NCBI GenBank assembly: GCA_964036045.1
Contig: OZ038379.1
Location: forward strand, 23,188,001-23,252,000
DNA from: Eutreptiella sp. 'Long Island Sound 2002'
Taxonomy: Eukaryota; Protista; Euglenida
Reading direction: 5' to 3'
Length of the DNA: 64,000 bases
Shown here: positions 35,900-48,539 of the stretch, in pieces
Layout of the letters: each line of letters starts with the position of its first letter
Position numbering within the stretch: the first letter of the stretch is position 1
Notes under the pieces: generated by a model
What the model saw: the letters and a program-made list of their open reading frames with translations, nothing else
Database searches by the model: none
What the model was told of the DNA's origin: nothing
Translations under genes and position numbers: made by a program

Positions 35900-37449
35900 C
35901 CCCCGCCCCCCCTTGCAATAGCCACGCCTCTGTCCAAGCTATAGTAGGCGTAGGGATTGTATTCATTTGGTACCTAATTTTAATTCGGTACCAAATGTAG
36001 TGCAGCCACATTGGGCATGGGTTGTATGACAAATTTGCCAGTTACATAGGGTCATGGACACATTAGGGAATGCTGTGCACGCAGTGCACACACACACACA
36101 CACACACACACACAGTGCGAAATTTTGGATGTCCGCGAATACCCGGACCCTATTTTTGGCCTCTTTTGACAAGTTCTTGGTTTCATACTGGGTTTTGTTT
36201 TGGCGTCCCATGCATTTGGGATGTGGCACATTTGACTTGTCACCCATTTTGGCCCATTTTCAACTATTTTTATCTATTTTTCATCCCCCACATTGAACTC
36301 TCCCCACCATGGGGACCCCAAGAAGGCAGGGGTGATGTAGCCATTCCGCCCACAAGTGGTCCCCCGAGACGGCAGGGTTGATGTAGCCATGCTGAGTGAC
36401 AAAGGAAGCCGGAGCATCTACGTTGATCGCTTCTGGGGGCAAGTGCTAAGGAAGCCTTCGGGGAACGCAAGGCCGCCCTGAGCTCTACTTCGGTGGTTGT
36501 AGTACCTATGGGGAACCTAACCGTCCTGTGTCTTCGACTCAACCTTCCGGTGCTATTGTTTGGACAGGCTCTACAACAGAGCTGCATGGCCATGTGCATA
36601 TTTTACTCCACCGTACTCAGTTTTGTATTCGCAGGTGGACTAGGTATCAACCCTATGGACCTTGGCCTCATGTGCCTGAGTCCATGTGGGCAGAGGAGGA
36701 GGCAACCATTTCGGAGGAGGAAAATGATGATGGTGTTTGTTGCCAGTTGTGTGGCCACCGTCTTGGTGATATGTCCGAGTGTGGCACTTGCCACTTGAAA
36801 ATGTGTGCATCTTGCATGCCCCTGCATAGTTGTACCTTACAAGGCTCAGTGTTTTGTTCATGGGGACATTGGAGCACCAATTTGAAGGCAGTTTCATTGT
36901 TATTATGTGGGTTTTGTTGCTTCGCCGTGCTATCAGACAGGTGATACGTAATCTTGGGTGAGGATCCCGGCATCTGTGTGCACACTGCGTGCATACTGCG
37001 CACACAGTACAACAACTTCCCCATTTGTTGTGAGTGTACTTTACAAGAGACCACATGCAAGGCAATTTCATTCCCAAGAACTTGAAGTTGCCCGAGCTCG
37101 CAAACCTCGGGCAAAGGCGTCTTCAAGTGGTGAGCATGTGCAGTTGTTCCGCATGGTGTATGATTGCAAGAAGGATTTCCAAGCTGAATATTTTTAGGCT
37201 TCTCATGCCTCATTGCTTGTAGGACCATGGGTGTGAACCTGAAGTTTCATGTTTCAAAACACTTTCTTGTGTTTTACATGCTTTTGGGAACGGGCGCCGA
37301 GGCCAAGGCGCACTCATACCGTGCACTCGCTCAGGTGTGTGTCGGTAGTTGTATGTGTTGCACGCAAGCCACGCCCTTGTCTAAGCTACAGTAGGCGTAG
37401 GGACCGTATTAATTTGGTGTTTTTGCGTAGCTATTGCAAAGGGGGGGGA
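35900..37449. mobile_element. About 1.55-kb TA-flanked TIR element nested in the TTCAGTG array
   Basis: Left end TA|C-rich-TTGCAATAGCCACGC; right end GCGTAGCTATTGCAAA-G8-A|TA; the host array continues on both sides; internal Cys/His zinc-ribbon remnant. Confidence 0.65.
36738..36833 (+). pseudogene. Transposase-type C-terminal Cys-rich zinc finger remnant
   Basis: CCQLCGHRLGDMSECGTCHLKMCASCMPLHSC = CxxC..CxxC..CxxC..H after an acidic tract; resembles piggyBac-type C-terminal Cys-rich domains. Confidence 0.5.
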
Positions 37450-37774
37450 TACTGCCATTCAGTGCCCTTCAGTGCGCTTCAGGTATTTGAACAACTTCTC
37501 CAGGAAATGGTCCACCTTTGAAGCCCTTGCAAATACTGGCCCTTGGTGGAAGTTGCTGGCGGAAGAGTTATGGCAGGGTGTCAGGCCCCCCTTGGGTGAG
37601 CTCACATGCAACCAGTGCAGCAACAGGCTGAAAGATAACAAATTATTGCAGACCAATCCCAATTGTGCATGTGGCTACGCTGCCCAAGTTCCATCTGCAG
37701 TGTCAGGTACAGTTTTGGGCAAAAGCATAGGCGCCAACAGCAAGTTGCCTCTAAAAAAGCTGAAATGGTCCGCT

Positions 37775-37890
37775 GAAGCGTTCTGAAGCACACTGAACGG
37801 CACTGAAGGACACTGAAGCGCACTGATTGAAACGGAAGGACACGGAAGGACATTAAAGGACATGGAAGGGCACTGCAGGGCACTCAAGGG
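37775..37890 (-). repeat. Inverted copy of the TTCAGTG array (GGACACTGAA units)
   Basis: cactgaacggcactgaaggacactgaagcgcactga...; reverse complement of the 35650-35885 unit. Confidence 0.85.
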
Positions 37891-38219
37891 CTCCATGAAA
37901 GCTTACTGTCTGCTCCTTATTTGCATGCAGGAATGGGGTGAGGAATACTTCACCATGCTGGCACATCCCATTGTCTAGCCACATTACAGGTGCAACCCGT
38001 GGACCCATACCAATTGACCATGATAATCCTACCACTGTCTCGATTCAATAAGTCGCTTCTCTTTTCAAGCAATTTGTTTGGGTCCAGTTTGTGAAGTCCT
38101 GTGCGCTTCCTTGGTTGCCTTGGGTGTCAATACCTGGGCAATGAAAATTAGGAGAGACTTGGTACATTGCTCGATAGTTCCGGTCTCTAGATAGAGCACT
38201 CCAAATTGACATGTACTCC

Positions 38220-38475
38220 CGTCGCCAAATTGGTGACGGACCGCCCCAAATTAGGAACGGATCCCCCTCCTGCCCTCTGTTGCCAAATTAGCGACATTGG
38301 CGATATTCCACCCCAAGTAGGCAACAGATCACTGCTGTTGCCAAATTGGCCATGGACCACTACAAAATGGCAGCAGCTCACTACCACCGCCAAATTGGCG
38401 ACACACGACTCCTCATTGGTGTTGGCTCACTCGTGCCGCCACATTGGTGACGGACCAGTGCAGACTGGCGACGGC
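38220..38475. repeat. Cluster of about six CCAAATTGG(C/T)GAC-like motifs
   Basis: ccaaattggtgac, ccaaattagcgac, ccaaattggcc, ccaaattggcgac, cattggtgac and actggcgac within about 255 bp. Confidence 0.75.
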
Positions 38476-40788
38476 TCACTCATGTTGTGGTAACTCATTT
38501 TTATGACATACTGCTATGAATTTTGAAGAGACAAGTTGCTAGGGGTGCTTTGGGGTCCCAACAACGAAAAACAATGTGTTTTTTCCATCGGTGACTGTGT
38601 GAGACCTGGGCAATGGCGGATAGTCCCACACCTTTTGGAAACTCATTTCTCTGACATATTGCATGTGTCTTTGGGGCGTGGTGGTATTTGGGTGCGTACA
38701 TTGCCACCCTTCCTGGTGTGAGACATTGTGAGTTGTTGCAAATGGTTTGCTGGGCTGTTGCAAGAAATTGAAGAGATTGTGCCTGATGTGGGGCACAAGA
38801 GTCAATGTGTCATTTGGTCAAGGCTTGTAGGGGCGGAGTAAAGCGGAACACAAAGAAAGAGGACAAGAGAGGAAGAGGCGCCGGCGATAGGATCAAGCGC
38901 ACGCTTGGTTGCAAACAGCACACGACCAATGGAGATGTGCGGATGCCCTCTCGGGAACAACAGCTCCAGAGGAGGCTGAACCGATGGTATTCGAAGTGCA
39001 CATAGTGTCCAGCTCGGAAGAGGTGTTAATGGACACTACAAGGTAAGATGTGGACGTGGTCATGTATGTGGTGCTGAGAGATGCAATAAGACACTGCAAT
39101 TTGGACGTGGCGTATTCCATGGCGTGTACCACGCTAGAGTTCTCACCACAAACACACGTTTAGTTGGCAGCAATTGCCACAAGTTTAGAGTTTTCCCCGA
39201 TGCACCACGCTGGGGCCTTTGCCGGATGGGGAATAGCGCAGGAAGCCATCGGAATGGACTTGGGAATGGACTTGGCGTTGCAAGTGGCGGGCACACTCAT
39301 GGAAGGGTGGCAAGATTTATCCCCAGCGTGTACAACATTTGCCTGGTCGCCGGCGGTGGAATATTGTGCATTTTTGCGAGGCTAGTTGATCGATGTGTTG
39401 GCCTTGGGTGATCTGCCAGACTTTGGCAGACCTGTAAGCCAAACGGTGTAGGGGTGGATAGGAGTTGAGAGCAGGCAGAGAGTAGGCATCTCAACACTGC
39501 ATCGCCCCCAAGCGCGGGAACGCCTCCAGCTTCTGTGGGTCACTCCACTGATTGCGGTCCCTTAATTCATACCCTACCATGGTGGCGGTGATGGGGGGGA
39601 AGGCAGGGGCAACAAGTGGCAAAATGGTGATCAGCATCCCCAGAATACCATCCCCAGCCTCAAATTACAGATAATGGAACCGCCATGGTTCCAAAAGTTG
39701 TCGCAACAACACCTCGTGCTATTTTTGACATGGGCACCATTCTCATGGGTGGTGCATGGGTCCGAGACCGTTGGAGTTGGCAAAAAGCGTTGTTTCTGCA
39801 AGTTTTTTGCCATTGAATTAGGTTGAATGCCAACCCATGAAACAAACCAAGCTGAGATGGATTCAGACAGTACAAGAGAATTTGCATAATCAGGGGCATG
39901 GGCAGCTCACCACATAGCGCCCTCACAGATAACAATCAATGAAACATCGCTGGGTCAAGTGGCCCGGCCCCAGTGTGCACCGGTACTGGTGCAGAGCAGC
40001 AAACGCCGCTGCTCAGGACTGTGCAAGACAAGCAAACGAGATGAGATGGACTGTAGCCAATTCCATTTTGGTGTGTCCTCACACTACCACTGCCTTTCTA
40101 CTGCTCTCAGGCTCGCACATGTCTTGTATCTGTTGACTGTTGCCATCATGGTCCCTGGCCCGCCCCTGACTGCAGGCAGTTGGTTCAAGTCGAATAAGCC
40201 TCTGGTATGCCCCTCGTCATGGGGAGGGTGTGGAGGACGGAACTGTGGGCACCGTAACCGCTCCCTAAATCTTCTGTGGGGCCGTCGGTGCCACACATGT
40301 ATAGGGCAAGGGGCGGAGTCCCCCGCCCCCTCAGGAAATGTGAGGCCTGTCAGCACTGGCAGGGGAGTGAACGCCACGGAGGCAGGAGGCTGCAGTTGTG
40401 TGCAGCGGGACAGACAGTCCACTGTCACCTCCAAGACTGCACCCCCTTTCCCTCTCTTCCCGCTCCCCAACTGCAGCTGATCTGATGTCCATGGGTAAGG
40501 ACCCGGAGAAACACCTACGGATGTGCCTTGTATGCAATGAGCATATGCGACCGCCCCCCACCTCTTGAATAGACCTGCGCTTGCCTGGGTGTTCCGTCAA
40601 GGCTGGTTGGGCATTGTGCAGTACGACTGGTGTCCATTGCCATGTCCTTTGTGTGATCTGCTTTTGTTGGTTGCAATCATTCGTGAAGGCAAAATCCGGC
40701 ATTCTCTCCGGTTCCCCTCGGGGCGTGCATGAATGCAGCGCGCGCGCGTGCATGACACTGTGCATAGGCATGCACCTTGGCACATCTG

Positions 40789-41049
40789 CATGCTGCATGC
40801 ATGTGTGCAAGCATGCATCCATGCGTGTATGTGGGTATGCATATGTGCAGGTATGCATGTCTGCGCATCTGTATGCATGTTTGCATGCAAGCACATACTC
40901 CTTATGACTGCAAGTATGTACATACAGGCATGCACGCCTGCATGTATGCATGTATGCGCGTATGCATGCACACAGACATACAAGTATGCAGCAGTCACAC
41001 GCATAGCCTAATGAGCGCTTTCTAACCAGCATACTGCCAATTCCCACCC
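40789..41049 (+). repeat. ATGCAT-rich dispersed repeat, copy 1
   Basis: Collinear with 44792-45090 from catgctgcatgcatgtgtgca to ccagcatactgccaat. Confidence 0.9.
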
Positions 41050-42708
41050 AGGCGTCTGCACAGTGGGGCCTGATGTGGGTCATGTGGTGATTTAGTCTGT
41101 AGATGCCTTGCGGGCGGGCGGGTTTGGCACACTCCATCTGCCATGATACAGATCACGATCGCTTTTTGCAGCATTCGTGGCATATGAACCTCCAGCTGCA
41201 GGTGGTGTAGGAGCACCAACATGTGCAGGTGCCAGTGCACCCTTTGGGAGCCGCAGCCACGGAGGAAGAGGCGGAGGGTGTCCACGCGACTCTCTTGGCG
41301 GGTTATCGGTGTTTGGGGGCCGGTTGGCTATCGTGTTTTGGGGTAGCGGACGGATTGCCGCGGTGGATGGGCCACATCTAGTGGGCGCAAGCATTGGAGG
41401 CTCCCACGTGACGCTGCCGGATCTCCTGGAGGAGGTAGTCTTTGTGTAGGCTGCATCGTGGTACCTAGGGCACCTTCAGAGCCGCGCTCTTGTGGTGGCT
41501 AAACCCCCAAACGGCTGGTGGCAAGTTTACGCTGTACCTCTGCTAGTGCACCTTGACAGGTCATACTAGGCAAAGCTGTTTGTGGCTTGGGTGGTCCTCC
41601 GGGTGCGTGGTGCCCATCACACATTGTGGAGCCAGCGGGTTCACCAACAATAAAGGCAACATTGACGGGGCTCAATCGCGCAACCTGGAGTCATCCCCAC
41701 TTTTGGACGACCTATTGTAGCGTGTTGAGGCCTTAGTGGGTGACTTTGACGCCCTGGGGCACCTGTACCCCGACCGGGCCAAGTGCTTTCCTGGATGCCA
41801 TGCTTGACAAGGTGGCCTAGCCGCGGGTGGGGTGGGTACAAAGTTTGCGGGAGCTGCGGATGTGCTCCATCCGTAATGGGGTCTAGTTGCACGACCCCCC
41901 CCCCCCCGTCACTAGCCCCCCTTGTCACTGCCCCCCCCCTTTGCAGAATAAAGAAACATGGCCCCCCTAGCCGCTGGTCCCCCCCTTCATAAGTGAGAAT
42001 CATGCCCCCCCACCCCACCCCCAGGAGCAACACAATGCACAGTTAGAAAGGGAGGAGCCAATAACTAACAGAGCAGAGAAGCTGCTATACGTATAGACGA
42101 GCTGTACATAGCAATGTGATTGGGAGCGAAGACTCTAACGGGGCTGAGCATCTATGGTTCGAGACCGGTATTGCCCTGCTGTAGACCCGCTCTATGCTGT
42201 TGAATGTGTTTGCCCCCCCCCCCCGTCGGGGGCTTTTTGCCTAAAAGCAACCGTCGCCATGCATTTCTTGGCTCCACATTGTTAGAGGATGCGCATGCAA
42301 AAGTATTTTGCTCGTACAATTGATACTTAATGCGTAGAAGTGTATTGTTGAGGGTTTGAGGTTTGAGGTGACAACTGTTAATTCTTAGAGGGCTATGGTT
42401 GTAAACTCTTGGAAAGCCTTGGAATGGTACAAAACTAAATCTGCAATGTTTTGTCTATATTTCACTCTCTTTTGCTATTTCTCCTTTGAACATGCAATTT
42501 TCTCCTTTGTCTCTTCGTTTGTGTATCAATGCCAACCTACAAGTGCAGTACCGGTGAGGTGGTGCCGTGTAAAATCTTGAAGGTGAACCATGATGGCACC
42601 ATGAGTATTTAGTACCTCCGCAATGGCAAGTGGACACCACATTGCACCACCGGGGCCGACAACATTGTTGATGATGAAGATTTTGAGGTCTCGTATGAGG
42701 ATGTACCC

Positions 42709-43230
42709 ATGACATCAGATGGGAGGACTCAGGCAGAAGCTTGTGGTGACGTCCCGGATGCGGCTTCCAAGGCCCATTCAGATTCATCTTCCGATTTTGA
42801 CTCAGATTTTGATGTTGATCCTAGGATGGGACCTCTCGTAGAGTGGTTGGATAGTGACGACGATGGCGTTTTGCAACAACGGAGTCAGTGCGGTTCTGAT
42901 TCCGATAGGGATGGGCCGCCACGCAAGGTCCCACGCTTCCCTGGTCAGTCCCTTCTCCGATGCAAATGAATTGTGAAATGTGCTCGCAAATACAGCAACG
43001 CCAAGGCTTTGGAAGAATATGGATTGGTGTTGACTACTCTGAAGCGGTAGAAAAGGAAAGGGGCACTATATACAGATGCCAACCCTACGAAGAGGACTCT
43101 CCATCGGGGTAAGAAGGCCAAATACGAGATGGCCCAGTCCCTCACAACCAAGTGGATCAAGCAACGGCGTGCTACGGGTGCCATTGTGACCAAAGACGAA
43201 GTGTTTTTTCAAGCAAGTCTGAGGCCACCA
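42709..43230 (+). pseudogene. pogo/Tigger-like (Tc1-mariner) transposase N-terminal remnant with HTH and CENP-B-like domains
   Basis: One frame with two in-frame stops: ...LLRCK*IVKCARKYSNAKALEEYGLVLTTLKR*KRK...RGKKAKYEMAQSLTTKWIKQRRATGAIVTKDEV, matching the pogo-type 'tl.rW.k' and 'Wi...r..G..vt' motifs. Confidence 0.65.
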
Positions 43231-44791
43231 GTTTCAATTCATCTTTGCTCAAGTTTCCAACAACTCTTGCAATCAGCTTCATCCACTGCCACACAAAGTA
43301 TACAGCGTTGGAACTTTTTTAAGCAGGCCCGGGGCCATCAATTTCAACCATTATTCTTCCAAAAAATTGCAGTGGCTCTTCTTTTGTGTTTGTTTGGTGT
43401 TTTGTGTGCTTCTGTGCGCAAAGAAGGAAAGAAATGTTGGGTGAGATGGGGCATGTAATGCATGAATATAGAACCTTGCAAGGATAATACCACGTTTTCA
43501 AGCAATGGAGTATACAAAGTACAAACCGATGAACAGGCACAAATGTTGATAGCAACCAAAAAAAATTGCCAAGATGGGCTCTAACAGCATCACAAAGATG
43601 TAGAAGGTGTGAAGGATACATCCAAACAATGCTCCAATTACGTGCACAAGCCCGGAAAATGCATGCACAAAATTTTCCACAGTAAAACTGATGACATTGC
43701 AAGTCGTTGCCCCCCCCTCGGAGCATGTTGCTAGCCCCCCCACCTGGAATGAAGAAACATGGCCCCCCTAGCCATGGGGGGGGGGTGGTAGACCGCCATG
43801 TGCAAGGCGCCGTCCGGTGGTGGTGGATCCGTCATCGGGGGCCCAGTGCCCCCCGTGAAAATCCTTGGACAGCTACCGCGCGGTGGTGGACCAAGAGCTG
43901 TTATGGCGGGGGATGCACATGCGTACGGTGGCCTGTCTGGTGCCAGCATCCCTGGATATCGACCCTACCAGCATGCTACAAAATGGTGTTGACCGGGGAC
44001 ATTATAGAGAGCTGGCCCTGGCTGCACCTCTCTCACCTGGCGGTGCATGCTCGGGTCCACTATGTCCAGGCCGTTACCCCGGTGTGGTCCAAGATGCGGA
44101 TCTAGTGGTCATCAATGGTCCGAGTGGCCTCTCTTGCCAACACCTGGTGCGGGTCATCCAATATGGTCCTCTGCATCAGTACCTTATGGCCGCCCGGGGG
44201 CTGGCCATCTTTGAGATTTGGTACCGGCCACTTTGCGCATGGCTGGGTTTTAGGCCCGGGTTACGTACCAACTATCGGGGCTTGCGCTTCAGCCAGCCAG
44301 GTGATGACTTGGGGCACCCGTCGCCCTGAGGTGTGGACCTTTGGAGGGACGGCACCAGGGAGGGGGGTGCACCACAGCCCCATAAGGGCTTCATGGCTGT
44401 GAGCACCAGGTCTCTGCGCGTTGCAGGAGTGCAGGACTGGTTGACAAACTAGGCCCCTAAGGCTAGCCAGCCAAACACCGCCCATCGGTTGTACCTGGCG
44501 GACTCAGGGCTGACCCGTGCATTGTGAGTCATACACACCCCTAGGGGGGCTTGCCGGGGACCGGAAGTGGAGCCAGGGTTGTGGACACGCCCCCGCTACC
44601 GGGGCCCAGGTGGAACCCACGACACTATTGACCTAGGGTGATGGGTGGGTCGGGTGCTTTTCGGAAGAGCCAAATAGGAGAGCTTCCGCCATGATGCTGA
44701 GTTGGTCAGGCCCAGGGGGCCACCCCACCGGCGACCACGTTTCCTAGCCAGTGGCACCGGTAGCACTTAATGGGCTGCATCCCCTCCTCCT

Positions 44792-44969
44792 CATGCTGCA
44801 TGCATGTGTGCAGGCATGCGTCCATGCGTGCATGTGGGTATGCATATGTGCAGGCATGCATGTCTGCACGTCGATTTGTTTGTATGCATGCAAGGGCATA
44901 CTCCATATGACTGCAAGTATGTATGTAAGCATGCATACACATAGGCATGCACAGCTGCATGTATGCATG

Positions 44970-45008
<39 letters not shown>

Positions 45009-45090
45009 ATGCGTGTATGCATGCACACAGGCATACAAGCATGCGTAGCTGAATGGACGCTCTCGGACCAGCATACTGCCAATCCCCACA
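44792..45090 (+). repeat. ATGCAT-rich dispersed repeat, copy 2 (with an expanded (TG)n)
   Basis: Direct repeat of 40789-41049, with a TG tract at about 44972-45004. Confidence 0.9.
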
Positions 45091-46927
45091 CCCGCACACC
45101 GTATGATCGACTGTGTTCGCTCGCCGTCGTCCTCATTCGTTTCTCACCTTGCAGATGCTTACACTGCTGAAGGCCTGCATTCTCGGCGCTTTCTGCATGG
45201 CACTGGCTGTGTGCCTGCTGGAAAGCCAGGGCATGACGTCCGCTTTTGCATTTACAGCGATGTCCCGCAGCGCGACAGGACCGCCCATGACGGCCCGCGT
45301 GTCTGCACATCCCAGGTGTGAGACTGCTGTGAGACTGCTGTGAGACTTGTGTGAAGTTTAGACGGGAAGTAATGGCGGTATCCCACCCCTGCTCGCCAGA
45401 GACTTACATCCACTGCTGAGCGCTCTGCTGTCACATTGACATTGACAAGGTCTGCAGTAATGACTGCCATTTTGGGCAGTTATCGATGGGCTCCGGGGAT
45501 GACACCCTTGGCCGTTCTCTATGATGGGGCCACGAGTGCCAAAACGGGCACTCCTCGGCTGTTAACCTTCGTGCTGCATCTGGAGCCGCATAAAAATCCT
45601 CTTGCAAACGTTCGCCGCCTGCGGTGCCGGAGCCCATTCACTGGCGCCATCAGCTGAGCCCCTGCTCCGAACATCCGCTTTGGATGTTTTTTTTTGTGTG
45701 TGTGTTGGGGAGGGGGGGGGGCTGTCGGCTGAGATATGAGATATGGGCAATCACGGGTAGTGCCATCTGTGGTACCAACCCACTGCGCCTGTGCGCAAAG
45801 ATGGGTTTGTCCGGACACGTCAGATACTGTGTCAAGTCAGCCCCCTCATCGCTTTAGCACTGCGGCACATAATGTTTAAGGAGCTCAAGGACCTCTTGGG
45901 AGTATGTTAGTGCGCCGGGCGCGCCGGGCAAAGTTTTCCCACGCTTTGGTGTGGCCCCTCGAGTTGGGGTTAAGGACTCCCACTCTTCAGTGTGGCCACT
46001 TGAGTGGTCCGTCACGCACAAGGAGGGGATTCTTTGATTTTGAGGTGGGTGGCCATGATGAGGCCTACAAGGGCAGGGTGCATGTGATCGTCCCATTTGT
46101 TGGGCGAAAAAATGGGAAATTATGTGATTGCCAACAGCCATACAATGTGCTTGTGCTTAGGGTTCCTGGGCTAGAGGAGGGAGTGATGTTTGGGGGTAAA
46201 GCATTGTGATAGATGGCCGGAACATTCATTTGGATGCCGGGCGCGCCGGGCAAACGTACCTTCTTTGTTCCCCTGCCCCCGGGACGTCCTGAAAGCGAAT
46301 GAAGAAGTTGGTGCAAAGTGTTTGGGAGTCGACACCGCCCAAACTCTTGTTGGTGACCGTCCTCCCCCGTGAGGCCGTGGATGCTCTTTCTACGTCAATG
46401 ATGCGCTGATCCCTGCGGCTTTCAACGTTGATGTCGGGTTTGCCCTCGACTCAGAGGGAGCCCTTGTTCCTCCCGCATGGCACACACTGCACGTACCACA
46501 GGGCGTGCACTGAGGTAGGCCATAACTTGAGAACTTTTCAAATGAAACTCAGCGGCTGTGACGCACCCAAATTGTTCAGACACAGCAACGACGCATGTTC
46601 TTGGAGACCTGCAGTCCCCTACACAAATGAGACCTCACTAACGAGTTTCAATTGTAACGCCTGAGCACCATTTGCCTTCCACGGCCTGTATCTGCCAAAA
46701 GGCCACCGCATTTCTTTGGTCAAGGACGCACACGATGGAGGGCTGGACCCCTTTTTTGATAAGAAGCAACGCGTTAACCCACACAAGGATTGGATGTGCT
46801 TCCGGGGCCAACAACATCCGAATTGAGTTGAGCGACCGGTTGAAGTATGGTCCCGGCGGCAGCATCATAGACATGGGGGGGGGGGGTCGCGTGCGCTTTG
46901 CGAAGTCTGACAGGCGTGCCTAAGGAC

Positions 46928-47461
46928 ATGCCCTTCACCCGCGTGCCCGTGTCGTATTCGACCCCAACGTGCCACACACCCCGCGCTGCGCACAGGCTCT
47001 CCACTTCCCTTTCTGCGTTGGCGCCCCGGCCGGCGCCCCACGTGCCCCACGGGCCCACCGCTGTTCAGTTCGCCACAGCCCATCCCTCGGCCCCGGGCAG
47101 CAGCCCCCCGCGCTGGCCTTCGCCCTCATTTCTCATTCCGTCGGCTATGTGTCTGCTCACTGCTGGCGCCGTGGCGGTCAGGCTTGCGGTCCGTCGCCCG
47201 CGCCCGTCGCCCCACGTCCCTCACTATTTCAGAGCGGGCGCTGGGCAGCCCCTTTTGCGGGTGCTGGGCCCTGCCACCCCCGTGTGGCGCATGGCACACA
47301 TGGGCACCGCCCCGGGAGGGGGCGGGGCGGGCCTGCTTACGCCGGAGCGGCACGGCCGTCCAGGACCCCGCCGGTGGGCCACGCTGGATATTGACGGGGA
47401 CTGCGGTGACGAGGATCCCGCAGCGCTGGCGGAACGCACACGTGCGTGGGCGGCTGCGGAG
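46928..47461 (+). CDS. Probable first exon of the transferase gene: S/T/P/A-rich leader with one hydrophobic segment followed by basic residues
   Basis: gacag acceptor at 46912-46913 then ATG at 46928; MPFTRVPVSYSTPT...PSFLIPSAMCLLTAGAVAVRLAVRRP...AERTRAWAAAE; strong donor GAG|GTGAGG, phase 0, compatible with 50822. Confidence 0.5.
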
Positions 47462-47824
47462 GTGAGGCCTGTGACTGAGGGAGTGCAAGGCGGGCAGGTG
47501 ACGGAGAGGGACGGGCGGAGTGCCCGGGCGCTCCCCAGGGGGTAGGGGGGTCTCAGCTGGGCTAAGGCATAGGCGCTCTCCTTACTTCCCCACCACCCCA
47601 GTATGGATCGCAGGGCCCCGGGACAACGATGAGGACGGATCAAGAAGTTCAAACGAGGCACACCGGGTGTGAACTGTCATACACTTATTTTGCTGCAGGC
47701 AAAATTTCACGAGCCAACACTCATTTCCGTCCGCGTGTGTGTTGGGGTGTGGCTCTTCCCATGGCATTGAGAACATTGCACGTGCCATGGGACAGATCCG
47801 TTGCTTTGGTTTGCCTTGCGCTGT

Positions 47825-47890
47825 GCTGGTGGTGGTGGTGGTGGTGGTGGTCATGGTCATGGTGGTGGTGGTGGTGGTGGTGGTGGTGTC
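47825..47890. repeat. (GGT)n microsatellite
   Basis: About 20 GGT units interrupted by catggt. Confidence 0.95.
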
Positions 47891-48539
47891 GGCAGGGGAG
47901 GGGCTTTTCGCTTACTGCTGCTGCATCACTATTGCTGGGTCGGTGCCCACGCACAGAACACCAACATGCCTGTTATCTTCCACCAGAAAGGTACCAGTGG
48001 GCTTTTTGGCCACTGACGAGCTTTGTTTTCTGTATGTGCTGACGCGTGCCAGCGCTCTGCAGTTTTCTCGTCGCAGTCCGACACACACATCAACACAAAT
48101 GGTGACACCAACAAATGCACCAACAAGCACAGCAACACGCATACCCACACGCAACCCTTCTACCACACCCTTTGGCACACCGGTATACACACTGATGCAC
48201 ACACACACCATTCTGCACAGTTTCAAACCAACCTTAACAAAGCAACATTATGTTGTGCCCGTTGCAAGTTTTTGCCCCCCCCCCCCCCCGGCAAAGGTAC
48301 AAACGCTATTAACCAGAAAGCAGGGCTCCTAAGTAGCCGGGATTTTGGTGACCTTCGGTGACCAGTGGTTTGGCAGTTTTTTTACACTCGGTACCTGCGG
48401 TGACCGGCACTTCACAATAGAAGAAGTGAAACAACACGGGACATGCAAAAGCGATAGAAAAACATTAAGGGTGAAAACAAACAATGTGTCCCACAAAAAA
48501 ACAGCTGCAGGTACCAATTTGTACAGCATAGGCAGCACA

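Noticed and set aside
42100-42180. tRNA or tRNA-derived SINE (perfect B-box GGTTCGAGACC at 42156-42166, CTA-centred loop)
   Set aside because: No pairing anticodon stem or cloverleaf, and only a weak A-box.
47721-47954. Poly-His or poly-Val/Trp ORFs
   Set aside because: Translations of a (GGT)n microsatellite.
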